Notes under the pieces: generated by a model
Databases searched by the model: none
What the model saw: only the letters and a program-made list of their open reading frames with translations
What the model was told of the DNA's origin: nothing
Part shown: positions 22,499 through 32,611 of the stretch, piece after piece
How the letters are laid out: each line of letters starts with the position of its first letter
Numbering within the stretch: the first letter of the stretch is position 1
Made by a program: the position numbers and the translations under genes
Source: an uncultured bacterium
GTDB taxonomy: Bacteria; Zixibacteria; MSB-5A5; JAABVY01; JAHJOQ01
Reading direction: 5' to 3'
Assembly (NCBI GenBank): GCA_965369655.1
Contig: CBDUQR010000015.1
Span: forward strand, 1 to 59,143
DNA length: 59,143 nucleotides

Positions 22499-23083
22499 CT
22501 ACTGTCCTTTGCGTCTCTCTCGCTCCCTGTTGTCTATGTATTCTTCAAATGTAACGACGTCGTAGGCTTTCGAAGTCATGTAGGCGAGATAATCAAGAAA
22601 CTTTCGGGGTGGAATCCTGCCCGGCTGTCCACCGATGATCTTGTTTCGGCGACCTTCGATGAAAAGAGTCGTGGGATAACCTGCAAGAAAAAACACCTTT
22701 CTCAGGTGCGACTCGGTGAACGGCATTCCCTGGAAATGGATCGTGTCGTTCCTGTCGGTCTGGATCTTGATTGCAATGAAATCCTTGTTCACTGCCTCGA
22801 CTATTTCAGGAATCTTGAAAAGGGAATCCATCCAGACACATGGGGCGCAATCAACAGTATCGAAATACAGCACGCCATACCTCGCCGTGCCGACCAGTTC
22901 TCGCATCCCTTCGTCGTAATCGTGCCACTCAATCCTTGCTCGATCTGTGGACGTTTGTACCTGCGGAGTGACATTCTCCAGTGTATCGGGACTATCCTTG
23001 CCGGACGGCTCAGTCTCACCGCCGCACGACAATACCGCAAGAGCCGAAGCGATCAATATGTATGGGATGATAAAACGTTTCAC
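22499..23083 (-). CDS. thioredoxin-fold lipoprotein (DUF255/SoxW-like)
   Basis: Lipobox LAVLSC, CAPC active site, GYPT. Confidence 0.8.
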   Translation of the reverse strand: MKRFIIPYILIASALAVLSCGGETEPSGKDSPDTLENVTPQVQTSTDRARIEWHDYDEGMRELVGTARYGVLYFDTVDCAPCVWMDSLFKIPEIVEAVNKDFIAIKIQTDRNDTIHFQGMPFTESHLRKVFFLAGYPTTLFIEGRRNKIIGGQPGRIPPRKFLDYLAYMTSKAYDVVTFEEYIDNRERERRKGQ

Positions 23084-23124
23084 TTGCTGACAAATCCAGC
23101 GACCGCCGGAGACTAACCTGTGCT

Positions 23125-23307
23125 TCAACCGAACGGCGTGCAACTCCCGCCCGATTTCCCTGATGATCCGGACGAAAATGCGGACATCTTCCGCTCCGCC
23201 TCGGGCGAGCCGCATTCAGGACAGCGGACGCTGTAAGCGGTCGTCGAGAAGACAAGTTCCTCGAACTCGTGTCCACACCTGCTGCACTTGAACTCAAACA
23301 TCGGCAT
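23125..23307 (-). CDS. FmdB-family zinc-ribbon protein
   Basis: MPMFEFKCSRCGHEFEEL...CPECGS. Confidence 0.88.
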   Translation of the reverse strand: MPMFEFKCSRCGHEFEELVFSTTAYSVRCPECGSPEAERKMSAFSSGSSGKSGGSCTPFG

Positions 23308-23355
23308 TACATAAACCTCTGCTGAAATATAAGCGTCAAATGGAATCTTCAAAGC

Positions 23356-23565
23356 CTATTCTTTTTCTGAATGATCTCGTTTTCTGTTCGACAGAATTCC
23401 AAATCCGACGAAGGCCCCGATCAAAGCGCCGTAACCTGTCGAGATATAAGAGCTTGAGGTCAGGGGACATACGCCGGACTGACACCCAGCCAACGCATAA
23501 TACAGATAGCCGAGCGCTCCAGGAAGCGCCACCAATCCCAATTTGAGTACTATAGAAATCGACAT
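23356..23565 (-). CDS. small membrane protein (DUF6132-like)
   Basis: GYLYY...GCQSGVCPLTS...YGALIG; GGAGG RBS. Confidence 0.75.
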   Translation of the reverse strand: MSISIVLKLGLVALPGALGYLYYALAGCQSGVCPLTSSSYISTGYGALIGAFVGFGILSNRKRDHSEKE

Positions 23566-23713
23566 TTCGCCTCCTGCGTCTACCTGCTCAACAATAAGAT
23601 CGGCAAATGGTTCAAATGATTCAGAAAAAGCACATCCATCAAGTTCCGAGTCCCAATGTCCGGACACAATTATATTGCGCCTGCCACTGTGTTTTTTTAT
23701 CTTACATAGTTTC

Positions 23714-24403
23714 ATGGTGGCTTACAACGACTTAACCGATAACGTCGCGAAGGTCAAACGCGATATTGAAGAGTGTCTCGAACGCTCCGGCAGAGCTGGG
23801 GACAATGTTGTAGTAGTCGCTGTGACCAAGACTCTCCCGCCGGAGGCGGTAGAGGCCGCAGTCAGAGCGGGAATTACCGATGTCGGGGAAAACAGGGTTC
23901 AGGAGACCGGATCGAAGAAGCCTGAAGTGACAACCGACTGCAGGTGGCACCTGATCGGGCATCTGCAGAAGAACAAGATCAGCAAGGCGATCCAACTCTA
24001 CGACATGATCCAGTCGATCGACTCGTACGAACTCGCTGCTGCGATCGATGCCAGAACCGAAAAGCCGGTCGACATACTGCTTCAGGTCGATTCATCGGGA
24101 GAGGAGACCAAGTTCGGAATCAGCCCTGATGACCTGACAATGATCGCGGAACGGATCGCGCGGCTCGAAAAGTTGAGAATCAAAGGACTTATGACCATCG
24201 GACCAATGACCGATGACAGACAGAGAATCAGACATAGTTTCAGAACGACCAGATCGTTGTTCGATGGACTGAAGGATGCTCGAATTCCAAACTGCAGCAT
24301 GGAGTACCTCTCGATGGGCATGAGCAGTGACTACATGATCGCAGTCGAGGAGGGCGGCAACATGGTCAGAATCGGCACAGCGCTATTCGGCAAGCGAGGT
24401 TGA
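23714..24403 (+). CDS. yggS: PLP homeostasis protein YggS
   Basis: VAVTK, GENRVQE, WHLIGHLQKNK, LSMGMSSD, VRIGTALFG. Confidence 0.95.
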   Translation: MVAYNDLTDNVAKVKRDIEECLERSGRAGDNVVVVAVTKTLPPEAVEAAVRAGITDVGENRVQETGSKKPEVTTDCRWHLIGHLQKNKISKAIQLYDMIQSIDSYELAAAIDARTEKPVDILLQVDSSGEETKFGISPDDLTMIAERIARLEKLRIKGLMTIGPMTDDRQRIRHSFRTTRSLFDGLKDARIPNCSMEYLSMGMSSDYMIAVEEGGNMVRIGTALFGKRG

Positions 24404-24404
24404 T

Positions 24405-24938
24405 ATGGAAGAATCCCGGTTTTCGATAAGTCCCGCAGAGATCAAAGGCCGTCAGTTCGGCAGGAAAATGCGCGGATATGACCCGGAAGAGGTCAATGAC
24501 GTACTGAAGCTCGCCGCCGAGAGCCTCGAACAGGCTCTGGTCAGAATAGACAAGCTTGTATCCGATCTTGAACATCTTGGGAAGCGAGTCGATCAGTTCG
24601 AGAAGATGGAGACGACCATCAAGGAGACTCTCGTGACGACTCAGGCGTCGGTCAATGAGATCAGGAAAAACGCAGAGAAAGAGGCGGAACTGATTAAGCG
24701 TGAGGCCCAGGTGGAGGCTGCCACCGAGATGGAGATGCACCAGCGAAGGGTCGAAAAAATCAAGTTGCAGATGGAAAAGCTGAAGAATCTTCGAGATGAC
24801 TATCTGATCAAGTTCAGATCGCTGGTTGGCAGCCACCAGGAGATGCTTGACAATATGGTGAGCGAATACGGAAGTTCAGACTCCAACTCGGAAGAGACAA
24901 TGGATCCGGAACACGAAGGCGCCAGACAAGATATATGA
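24405..24938 (+). CDS. divIVA: DivIVA domain protein
   Basis: ISPAEI...F...RGYDPEEV followed by a coiled coil. Confidence 0.88.
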   Translation: MEESRFSISPAEIKGRQFGRKMRGYDPEEVNDVLKLAAESLEQALVRIDKLVSDLEHLGKRVDQFEKMETTIKETLVTTQASVNEIRKNAEKEAELIKREAQVEAATEMEMHQRRVEKIKLQMEKLKNLRDDYLIKFRSLVGSHQEMLDNMVSEYGSSDSNSEETMDPEHEGARQDI

Positions 24939-25759
24939 ATGAGTTGAGACAACATATCGACGAGGCAGTTGAGGACATACGCAGGATCACCGATTTCAGC
25001 GCCGAGATCGGTATCATACTCGGCACGGGACTCGGCTCTATCGCCGAACATATCGACGAAGTAGCCACCGTGCCATATAAAGACATAAAACATTTCCCCG
25101 AATCGACCGTTGAGTTTCATGCCGGAAGATTGATTTTCGGGAGACTTGCGAGCAAAGATGTCATCGCGATGCAGGGAAGATTTCATATCTACGAAGGCTA
25201 CACGTTTCAGCAGGTGACATTCCCGGTGCGTGTTCTGGGGGCGCTCGGCATGGAGACTATGATTGTATCGAATGCCAGCGGAGGTCTCAATCCGCAATTC
25301 GAGTTGGGCGAAATAGTGATGATAACGGATCACATAAATCTGCTGGGCGGCAACCCGCTTATCGGTCAGAACGACGACAGCATCGGGAGCCGCTATCTGG
25401 ATATGTTCGATTGCTATGACAAAGACTTGAGAGACCTGGCGGAGGATTGCGCCAGTGATGAAAAGATAAGGTTGAGCAAGGGCGTCTACGCCGCAGTCAC
25501 CGGTCCGAATCTGGAGACCGCCGCCGAGTACCGGATGATGCGTATAATGGGCGCTGATGTCGTCGGAATGTCGACAGTTCCGGAGGTGATTGCCGCGCGC
25601 CATCAGGGTACCCGGGCGCTCGGGTTTTCTATTGTGACCGACATGGGACTTCCAGATGCCATGACTGCGGTAAGCGTCGAAGAAATCATCGCTACCGCTA
25701 AGAAAGCTGAACCGAATCTCTCACGGCTGATCGAAGCCGTAATCGCAAGGATGAATTAA
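24935..25759 (+). CDS. punA: purine nucleoside phosphorylase (trimeric type)
   Basis: GIILGTGLG, QGRFHIYEG, GPNLETAAE, VGMSTVPE. Confidence 0.93.
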   Translation: MNELRQHIDEAVEDIRRITDFSAEIGIILGTGLGSIAEHIDEVATVPYKDIKHFPESTVEFHAGRLIFGRLASKDVIAMQGRFHIYEGYTFQQVTFPVRVLGALGMETMIVSNASGGLNPQFELGEIVMITDHINLLGGNPLIGQNDDSIGSRYLDMFDCYDKDLRDLAEDCASDEKIRLSKGVYAAVTGPNLETAAEYRMMRIMGADVVGMSTVPEVIAARHQGTRALGFSIVTDMGLPDAMTAVSVEEIIATAKKAEPNLSRLIEAVIARMN

Positions 25760-25763
25760 GACC

Positions 25764-28700
25764 ATGTTTGATGAACTAAGAAAAGACTTCTCCTTTCCGG
25801 AGCTCGAGGATAAGATACTCGATTACTGGGATGCCGAAAAGACATTCCATAAGAGCCACGCCATGCGCAAAGATGCGCCCGCGTTTGTTTTCTACGAAGG
25901 GCCACCGACAGCTAACGGCAGGCCCGGCATCCACCATGTTATAGGGCGAACAGTCAAAGACGCCGTCTGCCGCTACAAGCAGATGCGCGGATTCAGGGTC
26001 GATCGCAAGGCCGGCTGGGATACACACGGACTGCCGGTCGAAATCGAGGTCGAGAAGAAACTCAAGCTCGAATCGAAAGCCGCTGTCGAGGAATACGGTA
26101 TCGCCGAATTCAACAAGGCCTGCAAAGCTACTGTGTTCAAGTATGTGGAAGAATGGGATGACCTGACCCGTCGCATGGGGTACTGGCTCGATCTCGACAA
26201 GCCATATATGACGTGCGACACGTCGTACATCGAATCAGTCTGGCACATACTGTCGGACTTCTTCAAGCGGGGACTGATCTACAAAGGTTACAAGATACTT
26301 CCGTTCTGTCCGAGGTGCGAGACAGGATTGTCATCACACGAGGTCGCGCAGGGTTACAAAGAGATCAGTGACCCATCGATCTTCGTGAAGGTCAAAGCTG
26401 CCGACGAGGACAATCTCTACTACCTCGTCTGGACGACGACGCCCTGGACGCTGATCTCCAATGTTGCGCTGGCAGTACACCCGAATGCCGATTATGTCAG
26501 AATCAGACATGGCGATCAGGAGTTAATCCTCGCCGAGGCGCTCGCAGACAGGGTGATCGCGGATGACTTCGAGATCATCGAGAAGATGAAGGGGTCGGAC
26601 TTAGAACACAGGAAATACGAGCCACTGTTCGGCTATTACAAGAATGAACTCGACAACGCGTATTTCATAACCAACGCTGATTTCGTGACTCTCGAAGATG
26701 GCACTGGCATAGTCCACGTGGCTCCCGCTTTCGGCGCGGATGACTACTCTGTCGGTCAGAAATACGATCTGCCAGTCCTGCAGGCGGTCGAGCCGAACGG
26801 CCGATTCAAGCAGGAAGTAACAGACTGGCCCGGGATGTGGATAAAAGATGCGGATCCACTGATAATACGAAATCTGAAAGAGCGGGGTATACTCCACAAG
26901 AAAGAGAAATACACTCACAACTATCCGTTCTGCTGGAGATGCGAGAGCCCGCTCATCTATTACGCGAGGAAGTCGTGGTACATCAGGACCAGCGAGCATA
27001 AAGAAGAACTCATGAAATCGAACGGGCAGATCAACTGGTATCCGCCCGAGATCGGCAAAGGACGATTCGGTGAATGGCTTGAAAACAACGTCGACTGGGC
27101 GCTCTCCCGCGAACGCTACTGGGGCACGCCGCTGCCGATCTGGATATGCGACACCTGCGGAGAGATGATCTCGATAGGCTCGGTGGAAGAACTCAGAGAG
27201 TGCGGCGAGAATGTCCCTGCGGATATCGATCTCCACCGCCCGTATGTCGACGATATCACATTCCCGTGCAGTTGCGGCAAAGGCACCATGAAACGAACGC
27301 CGGAGGTTATCGATTGCTGGTTCGACTCAGGAGCGATGCCGTTCGCGCAGCATCACTATCCGTTCAATCACGGCGATGACTTCGACGAACTGTTCCCTGC
27401 GGAGTTTATCTCCGAGGCGACCGACCAGACACGCGGATGGTTCTATTCGCTCACTGCAATCGCGACGTTATACAAAGGGTCAACTGCGTTCAAGAACAAC
27501 ATCGTTATCGGGTTCATACTCGACAAGGATGGCCAGAAGATGTCCAAGTCGAAGGGCAATGTCGTCGACCCGTGGGAAGTGATGAATAACAACGGAGCGG
27601 ATTCGCTCAGATGGTATTTGATAGCGTCGTCGCAGCCGTGGCTGCCGAAGAAATTCGACCATGATGCTCTCGCCGAGATGGAGCGCAAGTATCTTCAGAC
27701 TCTGAAAAATACATATTCGTTTTTCGCGCTCTATGCAAACCTCGATAAAGTATTCGACCGGGGCGGCGACAGCTCGATAACGATTGCGGAGTATCTCGAA
27801 AAGATGGCCGGCCAGCCGCAGGAGATCGACCGCTGGATACTCTCGGCGCTGCACAGCCTCACGAAACGTGTCATCGATAGAATGGAACACTACGATCTGA
27901 CTCCGGCGACTCGAATGATCGCCGAATACGTTGTCGATAACCTGTCGAACTGGTACGTGCGGAGATGCAGGAGACGATTCTGGGCGGCTGCCGACGATGC
28001 CGACAAGTACCGAGCGTACGCAACGCTCTATGAATGCCTCCTCACGGTCACGAAACTCGCGGCTCCGTTCATGCCGTTTTTCTCGGAATTCATCTACCGC
28101 GAGATGAAAGGCAAGATCGATCCGAAGGCAAACGTGAGCGTACACATGGAGGACTTCCCGGAAACGGACGAATCGCAGATCGACCTCGATCTCGAAAGGA
28201 GAATGTCGGCAGTGCAAAAAATCGTCAATCTTGCGCGAGCCGCCAGAACGCGCGCGAATCTGAAGATCAGACAGCCGCTCGCAGAATTGAGGGTGGTTCT
28301 GCCGAGTGAGATCACAGAGAGCGAACTCGACAAGCTCAAACCTGTCATCAAAGATGAACTCAATGTGAAGGATGTCGTCTTCTCAGATGATCCTGCGGAA
28401 GTTACATCTCTGAAAGCGAAGCCGAATTTCAAACTTCTCGGTCCGAAACTCGGCAAGGATATTGGCGCGGCAAAGGCTGCCATCGAGTCTCTCAGTGACA
28501 GCGAATTGAACACGTTCAGGGCAACCGGAACCATATCCCTTTCGTTAAACGGGCAGGAGTATGAACTCGGAACAGATGAGATAGAAATCGAGGCAGTCGA
28601 CCGGGAAGGCTTTGCGGCTGAGAGCGACTCGGGTTATACTATCGCAATCGTCACTCAGTTAACTGACGAACTTCGAGCCGAAGGTTATGCGCGTGAGTTG

Positions 28701-28928
28701 GTCAACAAGATACAGAACATGAGGAAATCGAACGGATTCCAGGTGACTGACCGGATCACCGTTGCCATCTCATCGGAAGCCGAAGCTGTGATAGCCGCTA
28801 TGAACAGCTTTCGGGAATACATCATGACCGAAACTCTCGCTGACTCGCTCGAACAGCTCAGCCAGAATGACGGCATGGAATGGAACATAAATGAACACAA
28901 GACGCTCATTAGAGTGACTAAAGTCTAA
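25764..28928 (+). CDS. ileS: isoleucyl-tRNA synthetase, type 2
   Basis: FYEGPPTANG.PGIHH, GWDTHGLP, WTTTPWTL, DQTRGWF, KMSKSKGN; type-2 C-terminus. Confidence 0.97.
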   Translation: MFDELRKDFSFPELEDKILDYWDAEKTFHKSHAMRKDAPAFVFYEGPPTANGRPGIHHVIGRTVKDAVCRYKQMRGFRVDRKAGWDTHGLPVEIEVEKKLKLESKAAVEEYGIAEFNKACKATVFKYVEEWDDLTRRMGYWLDLDKPYMTCDTSYIESVWHILSDFFKRGLIYKGYKILPFCPRCETGLSSHEVAQGYKEISDPSIFVKVKAADEDNLYYLVWTTTPWTLISNVALAVHPNADYVRIRHGDQELILAEALADRVIADDFEIIEKMKGSDLEHRKYEPLFGYYKNELDNAYFITNADFVTLEDGTGIVHVAPAFGADDYSVGQKYDLPVLQAVEPNGRFKQEVTDWPGMWIKDADPLIIRNLKERGILHKKEKYTHNYPFCWRCESPLIYYARKSWYIRTSEHKEELMKSNGQINWYPPEIGKGRFGEWLENNVDWALSRERYWGTPLPIWICDTCGEMISIGSVEELRECGENVPADIDLHRPYVDDITFPCSCGKGTMKRTPEVIDCWFDSGAMPFAQHHYPFNHGDDFDELFPAEFISEATDQTRGWFYSLTAIATLYKGSTAFKNNIVIGFILDKDGQKMSKSKGNVVDPWEVMNNNGADSLRWYLIASSQPWLPKKFDHDALAEMERKYLQTLKNTYSFFALYANLDKVFDRGGDSSITIAEYLEKMAGQPQEIDRWILSALHSLTKRVIDRMEHYDLTPATRMIAEYVVDNLSNWYVRRCRRRFWAAADDADKYRAYATLYECLLTVTKLAAPFMPFFSEFIYREMKGKIDPKANVSVHMEDFPETDESQIDLDLERRMSAVQKIVNLARAARTRANLKIRQPLAELRVVLPSEITESELDKLKPVIKDELNVKDVVFSDDPAEVTSLKAKPNFKLLGPKLGKDIGAAKAAIESLSDSELNTFRATGTISLSLNGQEYELGTDEIEIEAVDREGFAAESDSGYTIAIVTQLTDELRAEGYARELVNKIQNMRKSNGFQVTDRITVAISSEAEAVIAAMNSFREYIMTETLADSLEQLSQNDGMEWNINEHKTLIRVTKV

Positions 28929-28937
28929 ATCGCGGAG

Positions 28938-29333
28938 GTGCTCATGCGTACCCGTGAATTGCAGAAGTTCGAAAAACTGTTGCTCCAGCGAAGGCAGGAG
29001 GTCATACGCGGGATGGGCCTCCTGCGCGAATCTGTCGCAGATGCAACCACGAAGGAAGCGACCGGGGATCACTCAAGCCACTCTTTCCACATGGCCGATC
29101 AGGGCACCGACCATCAGGAGAGAGAGCAGACATTCATGTTCGCCTCCAAGAGTAAGCGTTTTCTGTATCACATCGACGAAGCGCTCCGTCGCATCAAGGA
29201 TAAGACGTACGGAAAGTGCCTTGCATGCGACAAACCGATCTCGATGGAACGACTCAACGCGCTCCCTCACGCCCGATTTTGCATCGAGTGCAAAGAAAAG
29301 GAAGAGCAATCGGTCGGACCGAGCAAAAAATGA
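28938..29333 (+). CDS. dksA: TraR/DksA C4 zinc-finger protein
   Basis: HMADQGTD coiled-coil tip; YGKCLAC...ERL.ALP...CIEC. Confidence 0.88.
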   Translation: MLMRTRELQKFEKLLLQRRQEVIRGMGLLRESVADATTKEATGDHSSHSFHMADQGTDHQEREQTFMFASKSKRFLYHIDEALRRIKDKTYGKCLACDKPISMERLNALPHARFCIECKEKEEQSVGPSKK

Positions 29334-29348
29334 GAGCAGTTCCACAAA

Positions 29349-29894
29349 ATGTCTGACACCCCGGAACCCGCAGTCCGAGACAGGCGCCATCGCATATTTG
29401 TGGCTGGCCTGATCGGCTTTTCAGTCTTGGTTCTCGCGCTCGATCTTATTACGAAATTCATCGTCCAGGCCAAATTCCAACTCGGTGAGTCGCTTCCCAT
29501 AATCGGAGAGACTCTGAAGCTCACATACATACACAATCCGAGGGGCGCATTCGGCATGTCGATCGGATCGAACTCGTTTCACATTCTGATCTCGGTCGTC
29601 GTGATTGCTGCAGTTCTATATGCTCTTTTCAAGGAGGCAGGACGATCTCGAGCGATTGATTTCTCCCTCGCCGGGATTGTCGCAGGCGCAATCGGAAATC
29701 TCATCGACAGGATCAGGATGGGTAAAGTTGTCGATTTCATCGACGTCAACATCCCCGACGTCGATTTCCTCGGAATCCAGATGCAACGATGGCCAATATT
29801 CAATGTCGCCGATGCGGCGGTGACTGTCGGTGTGATTGTGCTGCTGGGATGGACAATTACGCATCGAACAAAAAGGCATGAAGATTCGTCTTAA
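29349..29894 (+). CDS. lspA: lipoprotein signal peptidase II
   Basis: N.RGAFG, GAIGNLIDR, VVDFI, FNVAD. Confidence 0.95.
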   Translation: MSDTPEPAVRDRRHRIFVAGLIGFSVLVLALDLITKFIVQAKFQLGESLPIIGETLKLTYIHNPRGAFGMSIGSNSFHILISVVVIAAVLYALFKEAGRSRAIDFSLAGIVAGAIGNLIDRIRMGKVVDFIDVNIPDVDFLGIQMQRWPIFNVADAAVTVGVIVLLGWTITHRTKRHEDSS

Positions 29895-29906
29895 GTAGGG
29901 AAGCTT

Positions 29907-29942
29907 GAGTAGGGCAGAACCCTTTAGCGGTTCTGCCATTCA
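29907..29942 (+). repeat. GTAG-type REP-like repeat, left copy
   Basis: GAGTAGGGCAGAACCCtttAGCGGTTCTGCCATTCA; inverted copy at 31406-31450. Confidence 0.75.
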
Positions 29943-29956
29943 GACGAGGATGATAA

Positions 29957-31399
29957 ATGATAATTCAGTCATTTAAATATACTATTGTACTCGTCTTCTG
30001 TTTATCAGCATCTAATTCGTCCAGTGTTCTAATAGCACAGTGTGATACTATTGAATCCGACAGCGTATTGCTGGACACAATCCCACCCGGGAAAATTCTT
30101 GACCTTGCTGTTGACAGCACTGGAGATGGGATAGTCTACTTGTCATGGTCAGCACCGGGTGATGATGGAATACCTGGTTATCGCGGGAAAGACTGGAAGC
30201 CACCTCCTGTTGGTATGTTCGATAATGTAGTAGCATATGATGTAAGATATTCTACAGATTACAAAACACTTCTTGACTGGACTGAGGCTGACTCAGCACC
30301 TAATATACCAAAGCCATTACCTATCGCCTCCAAACAGACAATGGTTATTCATGGTTTGGATGTATACACAGGGTATGTTTTTGCGGTGAAATCAGTAGAC
30401 AAAGCAGGTAACTACTCAGAAATATCCTTTACTGCTCATTGCTTTCCAATTGTTGATACGATAATACATTTCCCTGATTCCACTCTTGAAAAAGCAATTA
30501 GAATTGCATTGACAGGAACAGGACTTAGAAATAGTCAGATTGTAGTCAGGACTCCTCCAGGATATCCCAAACCTCCCAGACGAGGACCAATCAGGCGAGA
30601 AGATGTGCTTCGTATCACCAGTCTTGAATGTGGGGGAGATTCCCTAAGAGTTAAGAGTTTGGATGGTATCCAACTTCTGAATCATTTGCAATTCTTATCG
30701 CTCTTGAATCCTCATTCTCTATGTGATCTTAATCCTCTCGTTGAGCTTGGTGAACTTGAAACGCTAAAACTCATATGCGACAGCCCTCAAGACCTGTCTA
30801 CATTAAGCGAACTAAGGAATCTCAAGCATTTGTACTTATCAGGAAATGGCATTGTCGATCTTCAACCTCTAAGCGAACTCAGGTATCTAAAACATTTGTA
30901 TTTATCAGGAAAAAGCATTGTAGATTTAAAACCTCTCGCCAATCTTACTAAGCTCGAAGAAGTCTCGATATTGCGCACAGGTGTAATAGAAATAACGCCT
31001 CTTACAAGTATGAATAATCTCACTTCTCTTAAGATTGAACAAAACAAGATCAGTGACATTACCCCAATCGAAAATCTGACTAATCTTACGGAATTGAACA
31101 TTACGAGTAATGACATTATTGATATTTCACCTCTTGCCAATCTCACCAGACTCAAGATACTGAATCTGTCTCTGAATCCGATATCAAATATCAATGCTCT
31201 CAGGAATTTAGTAGAACTGGAGGAGTTATATTTTAGTGGTATTGACCCGATTGATATCTATCCAATGGTTGAAAACATGATGGACATCAGGAGAATCACT
31301 CAGTTGAGAATTTTATTTATCAATCTTAGAAGGCTGTCAGAGTCAGCACTGAAGGAGTATTTGCCTTTGTTCAGACAATACGGAGTGGACATAAGATAG
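29957..31399 (+). CDS. secreted FN3-like + internalin-type leucine-rich-repeat protein
   Basis: LSWSAPGDDG...YDVRYS FN3-like segment; F.D..LE.AIR cap; about ten 22-aa LRRs; AT-rich DNA. Confidence 0.88.
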   Translation: MIIQSFKYTIVLVFCLSASNSSSVLIAQCDTIESDSVLLDTIPPGKILDLAVDSTGDGIVYLSWSAPGDDGIPGYRGKDWKPPPVGMFDNVVAYDVRYSTDYKTLLDWTEADSAPNIPKPLPIASKQTMVIHGLDVYTGYVFAVKSVDKAGNYSEISFTAHCFPIVDTIIHFPDSTLEKAIRIALTGTGLRNSQIVVRTPPGYPKPPRRGPIRREDVLRITSLECGGDSLRVKSLDGIQLLNHLQFLSLLNPHSLCDLNPLVELGELETLKLICDSPQDLSTLSELRNLKHLYLSGNGIVDLQPLSELRYLKHLYLSGKSIVDLKPLANLTKLEEVSILRTGVIEITPLTSMNNLTSLKIEQNKISDITPIENLTNLTELNITSNDIIDISPLANLTRLKILNLSLNPISNINALRNLVELEELYFSGIDPIDIYPMVENMMDIRRITQLRILFINLRRLSESALKEYLPLFRQYGVDIR

Positions 31400-31405
31400 T
31401 TAACT

Positions 31406-31450
31406 TGAATGGCAGAACCGCTTCGTTTCACTCCGGGTTTTGCCCTACTC
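31406..31450 (-). repeat. GTAG-type REP-like repeat, right inverted copy
   Basis: Reverse complement GAGTAGGGCAAAACCC-ggagtgaaacga-AGCGGTTCTGCCATTCA. Confidence 0.75.
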
Positions 31451-31541
31451 GACTGGATTCCCGCCTTCGCGGGAATGACGATGACTATTATCCGGTTGGT
31501 TGCAAAAGACTGCCACGGCCCCTGCGGTCACTCGTAATGAC
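31451..31541. repeat. two further REP-like palindromes
   Basis: CTGGATTCCCGCCTTCGCGGGAATGAC and GACTGCCACGG...CTCGTAATGAC; the same families occur inside the MITEs. Confidence 0.65.
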
Positions 31542-31552
31542 AGGCATAGAAC

Positions 31553-32518
31553 ATGGAAGAACATACTTTCTTAATACAGGCTGATGAGACGTCCCAGCGG
31601 ATAGATCACTTTCTCCGCGACAGCATCTCGAACATCTCTCGCAGCTACATCCAGAAGCTTCTCGCATCAGGACATATCACCGTAAACGGCTGCGAAGTCA
31701 GAGGCTCCTACAAACCACGCGAGGGTGACGAGATCGAGGTGGTCATACCTGATGTCCGGGAATTCCACCTCGATGCCGAGGATATACCTCTGAAAATCGT
31801 CCATGAGGATGACGAGATCATCGTTATCGATAAACCGGCGGGTATGGTCGTACACCCCGCGCCCGGACACTGGAACGGAACCCTTGTCAACGCGCTCCTG
31901 CACCATGTCAAAGACTTCAAGGGCATATCAGGCCAGACGCGCCCCGGACTGGTACACAGGCTCGATATGGATACATCCGGCCTGCTGGTTGTCGCGAAAA
32001 GCGATGCTTCGCTCTCGTTTCTCGCAGAGGAGATGAAGCAGCGGCGGATCAAACGCAAGTATATCGCGCTGACGTGGGGACATATGCCCGAAGAAGAAGG
32101 CAGGATCGATGCTCCCATAGGACGCTCACGGAAAGACCGCAAGAAAATGACTGTCACCGATACCAATTCGAGGCCTGCGATCACAAAGTATAAAGTCATC
32201 GAGAAGTTTCTGCTCGCAGAACGACTCGAATTATCGCTCATGACGGGGCGAACCCACCAGATTCGCGTGCATCTCTCACATATCGGCCATCCCGTTGTCG
32301 GAGATCCTGATTACGGCGGCAGAGACAAAGCGCTTTCCGGAATGTTCGACCAGTACCGCCCACGCGCCAGGCTGGCGCTCGAACGAATCGATCGACAGGC
32401 ACTGCACGCGTATGAACTATCATTTGTCCATCCCGATTCGGGACTCATGTCGACGTTTAGATCTGAACTTCCCGACGACATCCTCGCCGCAGCGCAGATT
32501 CTGTCTGAATCGAACTGA
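31553..32518 (+). CDS. rluD: RluA/RluD-family 23S rRNA pseudouridine synthase
   Basis: S4 domain, KPAGMVVHP, HRLDMDTSG, TGRTHQIRVH. Confidence 0.93.
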   Translation: MEEHTFLIQADETSQRIDHFLRDSISNISRSYIQKLLASGHITVNGCEVRGSYKPREGDEIEVVIPDVREFHLDAEDIPLKIVHEDDEIIVIDKPAGMVVHPAPGHWNGTLVNALLHHVKDFKGISGQTRPGLVHRLDMDTSGLLVVAKSDASLSFLAEEMKQRRIKRKYIALTWGHMPEEEGRIDAPIGRSRKDRKKMTVTDTNSRPAITKYKVIEKFLLAERLELSLMTGRTHQIRVHLSHIGHPVVGDPDYGGRDKALSGMFDQYRPRARLALERIDRQALHAYELSFVHPDSGLMSTFRSELPDDILAAAQILSESN

Positions 32519-32611
32519 CACGCATTTCCCATGTTCGATACCCTGAGCAGTTACCCCGTTTCACAGTCCGAATTGAGCTTGACAGAATGTAGCAAAAGGC
32601 TTTTATTACTG

